The translations under genes and the position numbers were made by a program. The notes under the pieces are model-generated. The model ran no database searches, was not told the origin of the DNA, and saw only the letters and a program-made list of their open reading frames with translations. A DNA stretch of 64,000 nucleotides from Octopus vulgaris (taxonomy: Eukaryota), in contig OX597826.1 in the NCBI GenBank assembly GCA_951406725.2, positions 48,670,001-48,734,000 of the forward strand, in the 5' to 3' direction. This document shows positions 30,185-44,967 of this stretch, piece after piece (position 1 is the first letter of the stretch; the number at the start of each line of letters is the position of its first letter).

Positions 30185-30627
30185 GGTATGACAAAATATA
30201 CCTTCTTCCATGTAGGCTAGGGCTGAAAACATCTCACTTCTGCAGTTTAGATAGATGTCTGAATGATGAGTTTTTAATATGGTTCTTTTCTCAGCTGAAC
30301 ATAACCTGCACTTTCTGCTGCTATTAGAATAAGCCTTTCACTCTTCTAAGATTTTTCTTCTTTATGCTGCACTCCATGGCAGTTTCCTTTGACAACCATT
30401 CACGACTGGCTGGTTTTGTGGCATTTCAACTCTCCAAGAAGGATTGATGGTTATTGAATCATATTCTGAAAGAAACTTTTGTTGCTCCCACTTACTTTCA
30501 CAATCATGTTTAACCATTTGGGCCTTTTGATGTTAACTCTACATCATATACAACTGTTTCCATGTTACAGTTACAATTAGGGGGACATGTAGTATTACCT
30601 CGACATGTGCATCCTGCCTGTCTCAGG
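30185..30627 (-). pseudogene. Decayed GIY-YIG endonuclease end of a Penelope-like element
   Basis: Manual translation gives GCTCRGNTTCP..CNMETVVY...K*VGATKVSFRI*FNNHQSF...KILEE*KAYSNSSRKCRLCSAEKRTI...LNCRSEMF. This is the CxC..CP...VVY..YVG...CxLCxxEK...LNxRxE pattern of PLE endonucleases. Non-coding 3' sequence probably extends to ~29720. Confidence 0.8.
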
Positions 30628-30733
30628 TGTATATGTTGAGATAAATTTGTATACCTATGTATATATATATCCATAAATATATATACATATATATATATAC
30701 ATGTGTGTGTATGTGTGTGTGTACGTATGTATG

Positions 30734-30767
<34 letters not shown>

Positions 30768-30956
30768 TGTATTAGAAACAGATTGTACAAGCAAAATATG
30801 TGGTAACACTTCAGAGCATTTGATTAAACATAGTACAGATTAGTTAGACTAAACAGATAAAGTTTTTTACAGCTTTTCTAGAATAGCTAAGCATATGGAT
30901 CACCTGTTATTCAGTAAATATTTCCATGTAAGCTAACTATTTCATCATCATAGTTA

Positions 30957-31003
<47 letters not shown>

Positions 31004-31035
31004 AAAAAAAAAAAAAACACACACACAAATATAAC

Positions 31036-31225
31036 TAGCACTCTGTCTTTTATGACAATGAGGGTTCCAGTTGATCCAATCAATGGAACAGTCTACTCAT
31101 AAAATGAACGTACATGTGGATGAGCACTCCACAGACTTGTGTACCCTTAATGTAGTTCACAGAGTTTAACAGCACTGGCTCTTTGAAATTTTGAAATACA
31201 GGTACTACTTATTTTTGCCAGCTAA

Positions 31226-31226
<1 letters not shown>
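31036..31226 (-). mobile_element. SINE family C 3' fragment, diverged
   Basis: GAGGGTTCCAGTTGATCCAATCAATGGAACAG...GAGCACTCCACAGAC..GTGTACCCTTAA matches 31700-31800. Confidence 0.75.
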
Positions 31227-31276
<50 letters not shown>

Positions 31277-31674
31277 CTACACCACCTGTCTTCGTCTTGC
31301 TTTTTTGTGAATTCTCCCTATATGTATAAACACATACATACACACACACATGTATCTATCTTTTTTTGACCTTTTTTTTTACCATGAAAGAAATAAATCT
31401 CAGTGTGGTGTGAAGACATATACACCAAATTAATCCATTTAAACTTCATACCAGATCAATCTAATCAATCTGTTAATAAAGACAAGATCAATCAAATTGA
31501 TCTTTCCCCCCACCCCACCCACCAAAGCATTTCACCGATTTGTCAGCAATAACTATAAATGCTAACATTTCCGTCTCAAATCTCAGTGCAAATTCCATTC
31601 CCACCAGAGTTCATCGGGTGCCAAGTGATAATCTACCACATAGATAATGAGTCTCAATTCTGGTTCTAATTAGT

Positions 31675-32061
31675 GGTGGAAGCACTCCGTCGGTTACGAC
31701 GACGAGGGTTCTGGTTGATCCGAATCAACGGAACAGCCTGCTCGTAAAATTAACGTGTAAGTGGCTGAGCACTCCACAGACACGTGTACCCTTAACGTAG
31801 TTCTCGGGGATATTCAGCGTGACACAGAGAGTGACAAGACCGGCCCTTTGAAATACAGGTACAACAGAAACAGGAAGTAAGAGTTAGAGAAAGTTGTGGT
31901 GAAAGAGTACAGCAGGGATCACCATCATCCCCTGCCGGAGCCGCATGGAGCTTTAGGTGTTTTCGCTCAATAAACACTCACAACACCCGGTCTGGGAATC
32001 GAAACCGCGATCCTATGACCGCGAGTCCGCTGCCCTAACCACTGGGCCATTGCGCCTCCAC
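31675..32061 (-). mobile_element. Intact young tRNA-derived SINE (family C) with 10-bp TSD
   Basis: Head GTGGAGGCGCAATGGCCCAGTGGTTAGGGCAGCGGACTCGCGG...GGTTTCGATTCCCAGACC (A and B boxes). CpG-rich, with TSD TCTAATTAGT at 31665-31674 and 32062-32071. Confidence 0.9.
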
Positions 32062-32517
32062 TCTAATTAGTACATGCCTGTGGTATAATTATCAATATCC
32101 ATAACAACAGACCACAGCAATTTCACATTAAACTCACAAAATACAGAACAACCACCACCAAAACACCATCATTCTTAACTATGATGGACCGTTCCAGGAC
32201 TGAAGTAATGAATTACCGTTCTATTGTTTGGTCTACTTGCAGGATTCTTCTTTGGTTTATTCCATTCAGTTGCTTTCTATCAATGCTACTGGTTTGAGTG
32301 TTCAGTATCATGTATTGAAGTGTTTCTTATTTCAATGATTCAGATTTGTCTGAGATGGCTTATCAATAAATTTATTACAAGTCGTTCTACATTGATTGCA
32401 ACATTGTAGTCTACTAAATGAAGCTGGAACAGAATTAGGTACTATTTATGTATATATGTGTGTGTGTGTGTGTGTGCATGTGTGCATGTGTGCATATGTG
32501 TGTACATATACTGATAC

Positions 32518-32565
<48 letters not shown>

Positions 32566-32870
32566 GTATATATATATAGACACACACATACACACACTCA
32601 CATACATGTATATACAGCAGCACGAGTGAGGTCAACTTTTTGATCCTTTTTGAGCAGGGATGCAGTAGAGAAGGAGTTGGGCTTTATGCTCGGAGATGAG
32701 GGGGTTAAAATTTGACAAAAGGGGTCAGAACCGAACAGATCACTTAACTGTGAAGGAGCTGCATGGCTACTCACATTATTGAAAAGACGGTGTGTGTGAT
32801 GAAGATGGAGCTGGAAAGAAATAAAATAGGGGTGAAAAGGTGTCAGGGTAGAGTTTCAAAGGAGAGTATG

Positions 32871-32922
<52 letters not shown>

Positions 32923-32939
32923 CACACACACGCATGTGC

Positions 32940-33655
32940 ACAGTGCATGATGGGTAAATTGTTGCTATTTTATATTTTTAATTTCATGTGTGAACATTGT
33001 TTCTAATTTTGTTGACTACGCAGTATAGTAGGGGCAGTTGGGCACTGTCTATGAGAAAAACAGCACCATGACTCAAATCACTCTGCTAGAAATTTGGAAA
33101 TGGCATGCTGCGCTGCTTGGCATTCAGGCTGAAAGCTCCAATATGAACATTTTAGAGTGTTTGGGGGGGTCAATCTGAGGACATGTACTGAGAGTGATAA
33201 AAATCAAATATACAGTCAACATCATGGTGTTTGGAGTGATCACTAGTGATGGTGCCATTATGCTTCTATTCATTTTCCCACACAATCTCAGACTCAACAC
33301 AGAGGCCTACATCAAGTGCCTGGAGGAGGTAGTGCTGCCCTGGGTCAAGAGGGTAGCTGCTGGAAGATTCTATGACTGGCAACAAGACTCTGCACCATGC
33401 CACACATGTAGGAGAACCCAGTCATTGTTGTCAGATATTTTGTGACCACATCACCCCTAACATGTGGCCACCTAACTTCCCAAACTGCAATCCCCTTGAT
33501 TACTATGTGTGGGGTGCAGTTGAGCAAGAGATCAACAAGACTCCTTGTAATACCAGAGATGAACTGAAGGCAAGGATTATGGCAGCATTCACCAACTTAA
33601 ACAAGGAGATCATCCAGAAGAGTTGCAGAAAATTCTGAAGTCGTCTGGAGGCATA
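32940..33655 (+). mobile_element. Tc1/mariner DD37D (maT-like) deletion derivative, right end missing
   Basis: MVFGVITSDG...WQQDSAPCHT...WPPN.P.CNPLDYYVWG; 37 residues lie between the 2nd and 3rd Asp after frameshift correction. The left TIR ...GATGGGTAAATTGTTGC is shared with 57645-57672. Confidence 0.85.
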
Positions 33656-33734
33656 ATAAATAATGTCTATGTTAGAAATGCAATGCTGCAAGGGCCTTGA
33701 ATACTAAGGACATGAGAAGGCAAGGAAGAAAGGA

Positions 33735-34050
33735 AGTGAGCATGCTCTATTGGGTGTGCAATGAAAGTGTGTGAAAGAATTAGTACAAAGGTGCTGAGTG
33801 AAAAACTGAGCATAAGAGGAAAATAGGGTGGAAGAAATAATATTGTGCTGGTATGGACATGTGATGTGTATGGATGAAGACGGTTGTATAAAGCAGTGTC
33901 AATCCCTAAAAGTTTATGGAAATTGCTTAAGAAGGAAACCCAGGAAGACGGGATAAAATGGTGAAGACAGATCACAGGACCTTGAATCTCATGGAGGAGA
34001 TGGTAAAGGACTTGCATGACTGGCAATATGTGGTTTTCAATAAGACCAGC
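33735..34050 (+). mobile_element. Old RTE ORF C-terminal fragment
   Basis: LCWYGHVMCMDEDG..K...GNPGRR/KPRKT...VKTDHRTLNL parallels 20614-20900 (-). Confidence 0.65.
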
Positions 34051-35021
34051 TCACAATTTTGGATGCACAATGAGTATATAATCGTGCAATTGCTCACCCA
34101 CTGCCCAATCTCTTCTCAAGATATTTCTACTGCTCATCATCTCTCTAACTGCAATATTCTGCTGCTGTAATTAAATGCGAGCAGAACCAATTATTTCACT
34201 AATTTTTCTTCGATACCACTTACACTTCTTAGAAACTGGAGCCTTTTTACCTGTTGTTTTTCCTTCATTCTTTATACTGTCCTCTCCACTCACATTTTAC
34301 ATTGATCACCCTAAATGATATGCCATATTTTCCCATCTCCCTCTTCTCTCTCTCTTTCTCATGAATGCACATGCATTTTTTCATCCTCTCTCTTCCTTCC
34401 CATGTCTACTGTACCAGTGTTACTTTTCTACTGCTCTTCACCCCAGCCCCAGCCTTTTTCTACACTGTCAGTCATTTCCTGCCCTTCCACACCTTCTCCA
34501 ATTCATATGCACCATAGGTCGCTCATTCACCCCACCCCCCATATCCACCATTCACTTCTACATCTACCCCTCAACCCTACCAAATTTCTACAGTTGTCAC
34601 CTACTCTTCCCTACCTTCACTTCTTATCATCCCTCATAATTTGTTCTTCATTATATCCACCCCTAAACCATTCCTCCTCTCTAACCATCTCTGCCTTTCC
34701 CATACTTCTCTCACAAGTTCTACCCATTTACATACCCACTTCTCTTGTCCCCACACTCTTCTACTCTCCTCATACCTAGAAGCTCCACCCTAACGCCTCA
34801 TCACTCCTATTTTAATTCTTTCCAGCCTCACCTTTGTCACTCACATCTTCTCTTCAATAATGTGAGTAGTCACATTATTGAAGAGATCATGTAGCTCATT
34901 TGTTCTGTTCTGAGCCCTTTTATCATACCTTAAACCCCTCATTTCTGAGCATAAAACTTTCTCCCTCTCTACTGTAACCCTACTCAAAAAGAATCATAGC
35001 TTTGCAAGCTGCAAGTTGGCC

Positions 35022-35235
35022 CCACTTGTGCTGGTGCCATAAAAACAAAAAAGAAGCACCTGGTACACACTGTAAAGTGTTTGCCATTAGCAAGGGCATC
35101 AAGGTGTATAAACCAAGCCAAAGTAAATACTGGAGCATCCAAAAGGTCTTGATGGAGTTATCAAACCTGTTGGATCCCTGTCAAAATCATCCAACACATA
35201 CTAGCATGGAACCTGGACATTAAATGATGATGATG
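35022..35235 (+). mobile_element. RTE 3' tail module, diverged, ending in expanded (GAT)n
   Basis: TGCTGGTGCCATAAAA...TTAGCAAGGGCATC...TCCAACACATACTAGCATGGAACCTGGACATTAAATGATGATG. Confidence 0.7.
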
Positions 35236-35259
35236 ATAATTGTGATGATGATGATGATA

Positions 35260-35302
<43 letters not shown>

Positions 35303-35444
35303 CGATGATATATGTATATACATCTATCGACCTATCAATCTACCTATTTACCTATCTCTCTCTCTCTCTTGCCTCTCTCTCTCTCTCTTGCCTCTCTCTC
35401 TCTCTTGCCTCTCTCTCTCTCTCTTGCCTCTCTCTCTCTCTTGC

Positions 35445-35497
<53 letters not shown>

Positions 35498-35633
35498 CAC
35501 ACACACATGCACACACACAGACACACAAGTATATTTACATAAGTGAATACACATGCTTATATATATATGTGTGTGTATGTATGTATGTATGTGTGTATGT
35601 ATGTATGTATATGTATATATGTGTGTATATATT

Positions 35634-35683
<50 letters not shown>

Positions 35684-35716
35684 TATGTTTCGATGTATGT
35701 CTATTGATGGACAGAC

Positions 35717-35819
<103 letters not shown>

Positions 35820-38190
35820 CAGATAGACAAAAAGTGTGTATGTGTACTATTTGTCATAGTAGATATGTACATATGTACATATGTATATATGTATATATGT
35901 ATTTATACGTGTAAGTATGTATATACATACGTATGTGCATGCCTGTCTGAATAGAAATATTCATACAGTCACCAAACAAAGACAGGAATATCATAAAGAG
36001 ATTTCGATAGCTACACAAAACTATGGAATTATTGTGAATGGCAGCCTTGTTATTGTTTGACTTCTTTCAATATAATCTTCATTTCTGCAAACAGCATCCC
36101 AGCTATTCCCTGATTCCATGTTGTGGGATCCTTCCAACGCCATTGATTTCCACTGACATCCAGTGACAATGTTAAGAACACTTGTTTCTTCCTTGATTTA
36201 GTGATGATTCATTGCCCATTGTGACGGCATTTTCCTTTCTTCTCCTTCCCATCATCATCATCCTCATCATCATCCTCATCATCAACATCATCATCATCAT
36301 TTTCTTCTTCGTCTTCTTCAGTTTCTTTGTCTCCTTCATCCTATTGTGTTATTGTTATTATTAATATTGTTGTAGTTGTTATTATTATCATTATCATCAT
36401 TGTTATTATTATTAATATTATTATTATTATTATTGCTATTGTTGTCATTATTATTATTACTATTGCTATTCTCCCTCTTTTTCTTCTTCTACATCTTCTT
36501 CTTCTTCTTCTTCTTCTTCTTCTTCTTCTTCTTCTTCTTCTTCTTCTTCTTCTTCTTCTTCTTCTTCTTCTTCTTCTTCTTTCCTCTTCTTCTTCTTCTT
36601 CTTCTTCTCCTTCGTCTTCTTCTTCTTCTTCTTCTTCTTCTTCTTCTTCTTCTGTGGCATCCATTGTGCCAGCCCACTCTCCCCTTAACTGCAGCCACCT
36701 CAACACCAGCAACAACAACAACAACAACAACACCAACAACAACAACAACTGCAGCAACAACAACAACAATGCCGCTCGCCGCCTCCTGGCAGTCGAGTCA
36801 CCAGCTTATCCTAGCAAGATATTATTCACTCAGTGACTCTGTGGATCATTGCAAATCCTTCCCCCCGCCCCCCACCACCTTAACCGCCCACCCATCCGCC
36901 CATCTCACACTCAGTCCATCACACACTCCACGCTCCACACTCCACACTCCACACTCCCTTACACTCTTTCACTCCATCACACTCACTCACTCAATCTAAT
37001 ACCCCCCCCCACTCTTCACCCCACACCCCCCCTACACATTTCATCCTCGTTCTTCTCTTGCCACTGCAAATATTTTACTCAACCCCCCCTGCCAGCCTCT
37101 GCTCCCTCTTTGGTTATTGTTGCTGCCATTGCTACCATTGCTACCATTGCTATTGTTGTTGTTGTTGTTGTTGTTTTGTTCCCTGTCTCAATGCCATTGT
37201 AGCTCTCGGCCTATTCTATCAGGTTTCTCGTACTATTCAGCCATATGTCATCCCCTTGATTCCGCAAACCAAGTTTGTTTTTGTTTTTTTTTGTGATTCC
37301 GCATCTCCAACTCAGCTTCTCGCATTCTCAGCCTCTGTCCCTCATTCTCTGTCTGTCTGTCTGTCTATCCATCCATCTATCTATCTCTCTCTCTCTCTTT
37401 CTCTTTCACTTGTTAACTCAGTCACTCACTTACATATCCATTCAATCACTCCCTCACTCAATATCTCTGTCTCACTCACTCTCAAACACATACCTGCACA
37501 CACACACACATACAACAATCTAAGCAACACGCACGTATGCACATGCATATATACATACACACATATACAATACTCTGAGCAACTCACACATGTACATACA
37601 CATACATGCACATATATACAATACTTTGTCTCTCATTCTCTATCTCTCTCTCTCTCTCATTAACTCATTCACTCATTTACATACTCAATCACTCGCTCAC
37701 TCATTATCTCTGCCTCACTATACAATACTCAGAGTATCACATACATACACAACTCCTTGTCTTGTTCCTCAACATATTCCCTGTCTCTCTTGACACACAG
37801 ACTGAGCTGGCTCACTCACTCACCTTCAACATTCCTTCTCAAGCTCACACACTGAGCTCCCTCCACTCACTCTCCCTCAACATACTGAGCCTCTCCCCCT
37901 CTCACTCTCCCTTTGCACATTGATCCTCTCTTCTCACTCTCCTTCAAAATACTCTTTCCCTTTCTCTCCCTTCAAACCACTGAACTGAGTATCGTCTGTC
38001 CAAAACTTACTCTCTCTCTCTCTCTTTTTCTCTCTCTTTCTCTCTCTAACTTTCTTTCAAACACACACACATTGAACATCTCCTCTCACTCTCACTACAC
38101 TCTCTCAAACTTACACTAAACTGATCATCTGTTACTCACCCTCAACACATTGAGCTACTTCCCTCCCTCTTTTTTAACACACCCTCTCTC

Positions 38191-38235
<45 letters not shown>

Positions 38236-38308
38236 AATCAATTTATCTATCTATCTATCAGTCTCTCTCTCTCTCTAAATATATATATATATATATATAT
38301 ATACATAC

Positions 38309-38416
<108 letters not shown>

Positions 38417-38419
38417 CAC

Positions 38420-38475
<56 letters not shown>

Positions 38476-38665
38476 TACCCCCCTTCCCTTCCTCCTGCTA
38501 CGTACGTCTTTATCCCCGTCTCTTTACCTGAGTGAGAAAGATCAGTAAACAACTTTACCTGTTGTTAACCAACCAAACATTGTTTACCTCCTCCTCCTCT
38601 CCCTCCTGTCGCCTCCTCCTACCGCTACTTTCCTTATCTTGGCTTTATCAAAGGAACTAGAACTG

Positions 38666-38697
<32 letters not shown>

Positions 38698-39061
38698 CGG
38701 CAGACAAGGTATTTAAACATTTCTGTATTCAGACATGTATGTGTGTGTGCGGGGTGGGGGGTATTTTTGGTACTGGTGTGTTCATGTGTATGTGTATGTG
38801 TATGTGTATATATATATGTATGTGTTTGTATATATGACAGTTAATGTGTTGTTATGTTTCTGTATGTATGTGTATGCAATGTATTCCTGTATGCATATAC
38901 ACAGTATATGTGTGTGTGTGTGTACATATGTGTGAGTGGATCTAGAGTGTATATGTGTGTGTGCATGCATGTGTGTGTGTGTGAGTACGTGTAGCATGTC
39001 AATGCATCTATTTCAATATTTTTGTATGCACATATATCAATATATGCCTCTGTGAGTGTGC

Positions 39062-39107
<46 letters not shown>

Positions 39108-39224
39108 ATGCTATTTCATTTTTACTATCTTCTTGTATTTTCCTTTTTTTTATTTCGAATTTTGTTTTTATTTCGCGTTTTCTCTGTACAAGATTGTCAT
39201 AAACACTGCTGCACTGAATGTAGA

Positions 39225-39243
39225 TAATAATAACAATAATAAC

Positions 39244-39292
<49 letters not shown>

Positions 39293-39315
39293 GTAATAAT
39301 AATAATAATAATAGC

Positions 39316-39362
<47 letters not shown>

Positions 39363-39379
39363 CAACAACAACAATAATA

Positions 39380-39433
<54 letters not shown>

Positions 39434-39456
39434 GCAATAATAATAATAATAATAGC

Positions 39457-39494
<38 letters not shown>

Positions 39495-40660
39495 CAACAA
39501 CAATAATAATAATAATAGTAATAATAATAATAATGATGATGATGATAATGATAGCACCAATAGAAGTAATATTAATAACAACAACAAGAGCAAGAACAGC
39601 GATGACAATAATGATGATGATGACGATAATGACGATGATGATGATGATGATGACGACGACGACGACGACGACGACGATGATGATGACAATGATGATGATG
39701 ATGGTGATGATGATGATGATGATGATGATGATGTTGATGATGATGTTGATGATGATGATGATGATGATGATGATGACGATGATGGCGACGACGACAACGA
39801 CAATGATGTGGAGGTGAAAGAGGAAAACAACTATGATGGTGACAATACTAACGATGTTGATGATCATGATGATAGTGATGGTGGCGGTGGTGATGATAAT
39901 GACAATAATGATACTATTGATGATAATAATATTAACAGTGCTAATAATAATGATGATGATGATGATAATGATGATAATAGTAGTATCCTGTTTGTTGCTG
40001 TCCCACCCCACCCAACAGCATCCAAGTTCATTATCAGCTTATACCCCACCCTTCTCGCCTTTCCTCCCTCTTTCCATTTTCTTTTACCAATTATTGTTTT
40101 TCTGCATTATTTTCTTTATGTTTTTTCTTTTTTGTCCTTCTTCTCTTGATCAATCATATTTCCTCTGTTTTCAACCATGGGGTTATGATTTTATCGTTTG
40201 GCCATTGCCGTCATCAGACGTATAAATGTCACTCTCGTTGTCATCATCATCATCAAAATCATCACCACTATCATCATCTTCATCCTCATCACTATCGTTG
40301 CCCTCACCATCATCATCATCCTCAGTGACCTCATCCTCATTGTCATCACCATTGTCATCATCATCATCATCATCATCATCATTGTCTTAATCCTCTCATC
40401 ACAATCATTTTTATTATCATCATCAGCATCATTGCTTTCATCATTATCATCATCTTCATCATCCTCGTTGTCATTATCATCATTGCCATCATCATCATTG
40501 TCATCATTGCCATTGACACCATCATTATCATTATGGTCATCAACATGATCATAATAATCATCATCATCCTCATCATCATCATCTCGTCATCATCATCATC
40601 ATCCTTCTACTCCTCATCTCCCTCGTCCTCCTCCACCTCATCATCATCTTCATCATTTTC
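39225..40660. repeat. (TAA)/(GAT)/(CAT) compound microsatellite field
   Basis: Direct reading of the sequence. Confidence 0.9.
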
Positions 40661-40807
40661 ACCATAATCATCTTTATTATTATTAAGTTCATTATTGTCA
40701 ATGCCTCTTCTGTCATTGACACATGTTCTACTTTAGGCATACTTTCTATGGCTAGAAGCCCTTCCTCTCAGCTAACCATTTTATGTTAAGGAGTTATCTC
40801 ATGCAAG

Positions 40808-41062
40808 ATCATCATCATCGTTTAAAGTCCGCTTTACATGCTAGCATGGGTTGGACGATTTGACTGAGGACTGGTGAACCAGATGGCTGCACCAGGCTCC
40901 AATCTGATCTGGCAGAGTTTCTACAGCTGAAAGCCCTTCCTAACACCAACCACTCAGAGAGTGTAGTGGGTGCTTTTATGTGTCACCAGCATGAGGGCCA
41001 GTCAGGCGGTACTGGCAACAGCAATGCTCAAATGATGTTTTTTATGTGCCACCTGCACAGAG
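40808..41062 (-). mobile_element. RTE 3' tail module with one 65-bp unit
   Basis: Matches 19835-20090. Confidence 0.85.
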
Positions 41063-41577
41063 TTAACATGTGACATTATTGACTAAGGTTACCATGGTCT
41101 TTTCCGTAGGCTTTTATTTCCATGGATAAACCTTATCTGCTTCCCCCTTTACACTTTACATCATGACACTTCTGTGATACACAATCCCTATTGATCGTTT
41201 TTTATGTTTTTTTTCTCTTTCCAATTTTTCCAGGTTCATAGGATAAGGCTCAAGGTGGCTTTGTCATTCATACATGCCATCCTTGCTACATTCACCCATC
41301 TTTCTTTGAAACATTCGCTAGACAAACTTGCCTTTCTACTCCCACTTTCCTTTTCAAGTGATAAACATATATATATAAGGTCTTGGTAGGGAACAGTGGT
41401 GGGCTATTTCCAATGCAACAGTACTCAGCCAAAGCTTTGGAATACCAAGACTGTCTTATTGTCTTTTGATCTTTTTGATTCTGTTGCTAATTCTAAGCTG
41501 AAACCTTTTCTCACCCATCAATTGTAATTTGGTACTAGCGACCATGGGTTTACTCAACATTGTCCACTTCAACCCTT

Positions 41578-41742
41578 TTCTTCTTCTTCTTCTTCTTCTT
41601 CTTCTTCTTCTTCTTCTTCTTCTTCTTCTTCTTCTTCTTCTTCTTCTTCTTCTTCTTCTTCTTCTTCTTCTTCTTCTTCTTCTTCTTCTTCTTCTTCTTC
41701 TTCTTCTTCTTCTTCTTCTTCTTCTTCTTCTTCTTCTTCTTT
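41578..41742. repeat. (TTC)n
   Basis: Direct reading of the sequence. Confidence 0.95.
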
Positions 41743-42091
41743 CATTCCCTTTATTTACCTTTTTATTAATGCTTTCTTTCCTCCTGATATAAGCAAAAAT
41801 CACAGTCAGGAAGATGCACAATGTAAGAGATCACCTTTGATGCAGGTCTGAGGAAGTGGCACTCTAATGTTTAAAACCACAAGTATTATGTAAATTTTCC
41901 CTTTGAAGCTTTGCATGAACTAGCATTGAAAGCAAAGTTGGTGCAGAAACAAGTGCAACTGATCATTAAAGATGTGTTTAAGTCTTTCTTCGTCTTCTTA
42001 TCTGGATTATCTCTCTCTCTATATATATATATATGTGTGTATATATAAATATATATATATGTATATTTATATATATAATTTATAATATATA

Positions 42092-42127
<36 letters not shown>

Positions 42128-42364
42128 CTTGATGTATGTGTATGTAGATATGGAGATAGATAGATAGAAAGATAGATAGATAGATAGACAATTAAATAGA
42201 CAGACATACAGTCAGATAGAGAGATTAATAAATAGATAGATACAATGAGGAGTTGGGAAAGATAAATAAATATATATATATATATATGTGCATGCAAGCA
42301 TGCTTGTAGTCTATAGATGCACATGCAAGTAAAAAGTACGTGTTGGTATATATGCATGTATATC

Positions 42365-42770
42365 TCTTTTATACTTGTTTCAGTCATTTGACTGCAGCCA
42401 TGCTGGAGCACCACCTTTAGTCAAACAAATCGACCCCACGACTTATTCTTTGAAAGCCTAGTACTTATTGTATCGGTCTCTTTTGCAGAACTGCTAAGTT
42501 ACAGGGACGTAAACACACCACCATCGGCTGTCAAGTGATGTTGGGTGGGGGGACAAACACAGACACACAAACATATACACACACATACATATATATACAT
42601 ATATACGACGGGCTTCTTTGAATATCTGTCAACCAAATCCACTCACAAGGCTTTGGTCGGCTCAAGGCTATAGTAGAAGACACTTGCCCAAGGTGCCATG
42701 CAGTGGGACTGAACCTGGAACCATGTGGTTGGTAAGCAAGCTACTTACCACACAACCACTCCCATGCCTA
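42365..42770 (-). mobile_element. SINE family A, full length
   Basis: Collinear with 18765-19175; a further fragment lies at 42850-42907. Confidence 0.85.
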
Positions 42771-43489
42771 TTCATATATATTCATGTATATTTGTCACTC
42801 AGCTGGCAAAAAAATGAGTAGTATCTGTATTTCAAAAGGCCAGCCTTGTTCACAAGGCTTTGGTTGGCCCGAGGCTATAGTAGAAGACACTTGCCCAAGG
42901 TGCCACACTTTTATATATACATGTATATCTGCATGCATGTATGCATGTTTACATGTATATATATATGCATGGATATATATAAAATAAATAACACGAGAAC
43001 TCATATATATTGTTGCTTCAACTTCTATTTTCTCTTCGAGGTTTTTTTTTTTTGGTATGTTTTTGTCAAAAAAAAAATTAGTCATGTTGCTGACGCTAGC
43101 ATCAGAAACATCATATTGCAGATGATTCACATGAGTAGAGTCTGCATTATTTTGGCACACAATATTTCCATCTCTACTCCCAGAACAATGCATAATGAAG
43201 AGAGAGATAGTTAACAATATTTCAATGACCTTAACATGTAACGTACACATTTATAATCAAACCTCCTTCATTTTAACACTCTGTCTCGATTACAAGTTGT
43301 TTTTTGTGCTTCTGTTGGTTTCTTTTTTATATATATATTTTTGATTTATTTTATGCATTTCTTAAAAGGATGCGCTACATTATACTAAGAATTAATCTCA
43401 AAAATTTTGAAGAAATCACTATCAGGTCTCTTTCCTAATTCAATTGTTATCGTCCAGATTTAACATTTTCTTCATATATTTCATTTTTA

Positions 43490-43529
43490 TCATATTATTA
43501 TTATTGTTATTATTATTATTATTATTATA

Positions 43530-43600
<71 letters not shown>

Positions 43601-43625
43601 CATTATTATTATTACTATCATTCTT

Positions 43626-43691
<66 letters not shown>

Positions 43692-43695
43692 GTAG

Positions 43696-43736
<41 letters not shown>

Positions 43737-43783
43737 CATTATTATTATTATTATTATTATTATCATTATTATTATTATTATTA
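43490..43783. repeat. (TTA)n with embedded (TTC)n
   Basis: Direct reading of the sequence. Confidence 0.95.
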
Positions 43784-44124
43784 CCTGTTTTGCATTGCAG
43801 TATCGTTAAGTAGTGTAATTTTGTTTTTGGAAATTTCAAATTCAAATTGCAGTCCATAATGTTTTTTTTTAATATTTTTTTTTTCACCCTTACAATTTTT
43901 TTTTTCTTCTCTTATGTTTCTTTCCACAAGCTGTGAATGTCTGTCGCCAAATGAATTTCAAAATGAATGTCTTTTGCAATCTCTGTTTTGTGCTCTCACC
44001 TAGATATTTTAATTGTGCATAGTGGAATGATACCAGTTCTACCATTTATTACAAGAGGCATTTTTGTCTTCCTTTCCTCTCTCACTCTCTCCCTATATAT
44101 ATATATTTATATACATACATACAT

Positions 44125-44241
<117 letters not shown>

Positions 44242-44967
44242 GTATGTATGTATATATGTATGTATGTATATAAGTGTGTGTGTATACATAGCCCAGGGCA
44301 AATTTCTGAGCAGAGAATAAATTTTTGAATTTTTGATATAATAAACATATTGATTTGATAATGCTAATATCAGTGTTATTTGAACAATGTAAAATATAGT
44401 TTTAATATATTTTTTACAATTCCTAGAATACTATACACTCACACACACACACGTGCGCACACACACGCACACACTCACATACACACATATATCACTGAGT
44501 GCATGTATAAATATATGTATTTATGTATGTATGTATGTATGTATGTATGCATGCATGTATCTATCTATCTATCTATCAGTCTATTTATGTATGTATATAT
44601 GTATGTATGTATCTATCTCTCTATCTATCTATCTATCTATCTATTAGTCTATTTATGTATGTATATATGTATGTGTGTATGTATCTATGCATGTATATGT
44701 ATATATGTATGTATGTGAGAGTATTATGTATGTGCATGTATGTATGTATTTATGCATGTATGAATTTATGTATGTACATAGGTAGGTAAGTAGGTACATA
44801 GTTATGTATCTATGTATTTATGTCTCTGTGTGTATGTATATATGTATGCATGCATGCATGTATGTATGTATGTATGTATTCATGCATGTATGAATATGTA
44901 TGTATGTATGTATGTATACATGTATGTATGTATGTATGTATGTGTGTGTGTATGTATGTATGTATGT

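Noticed and set aside
31985-32061. tRNA-like sequence
   Set aside because: It is the head of a TSD-flanked SINE and lacks a complete acceptor stem, so it is not called a tRNA gene.
38930-38950. Partial resemblance to conserved miRNAs (miR-279-like here; let-7- and miR-9-like starts at ~15506 and ~37107)
   Set aside because: The matches are short, break off within the mature sequence and have no precursor hairpin.
41250-42010. Unique-looking sequence with short open stretches around the (TTC)n
   Set aside because: It has multiple stops and no motif I can assign; possibly an ancient TE, so left uncalled.
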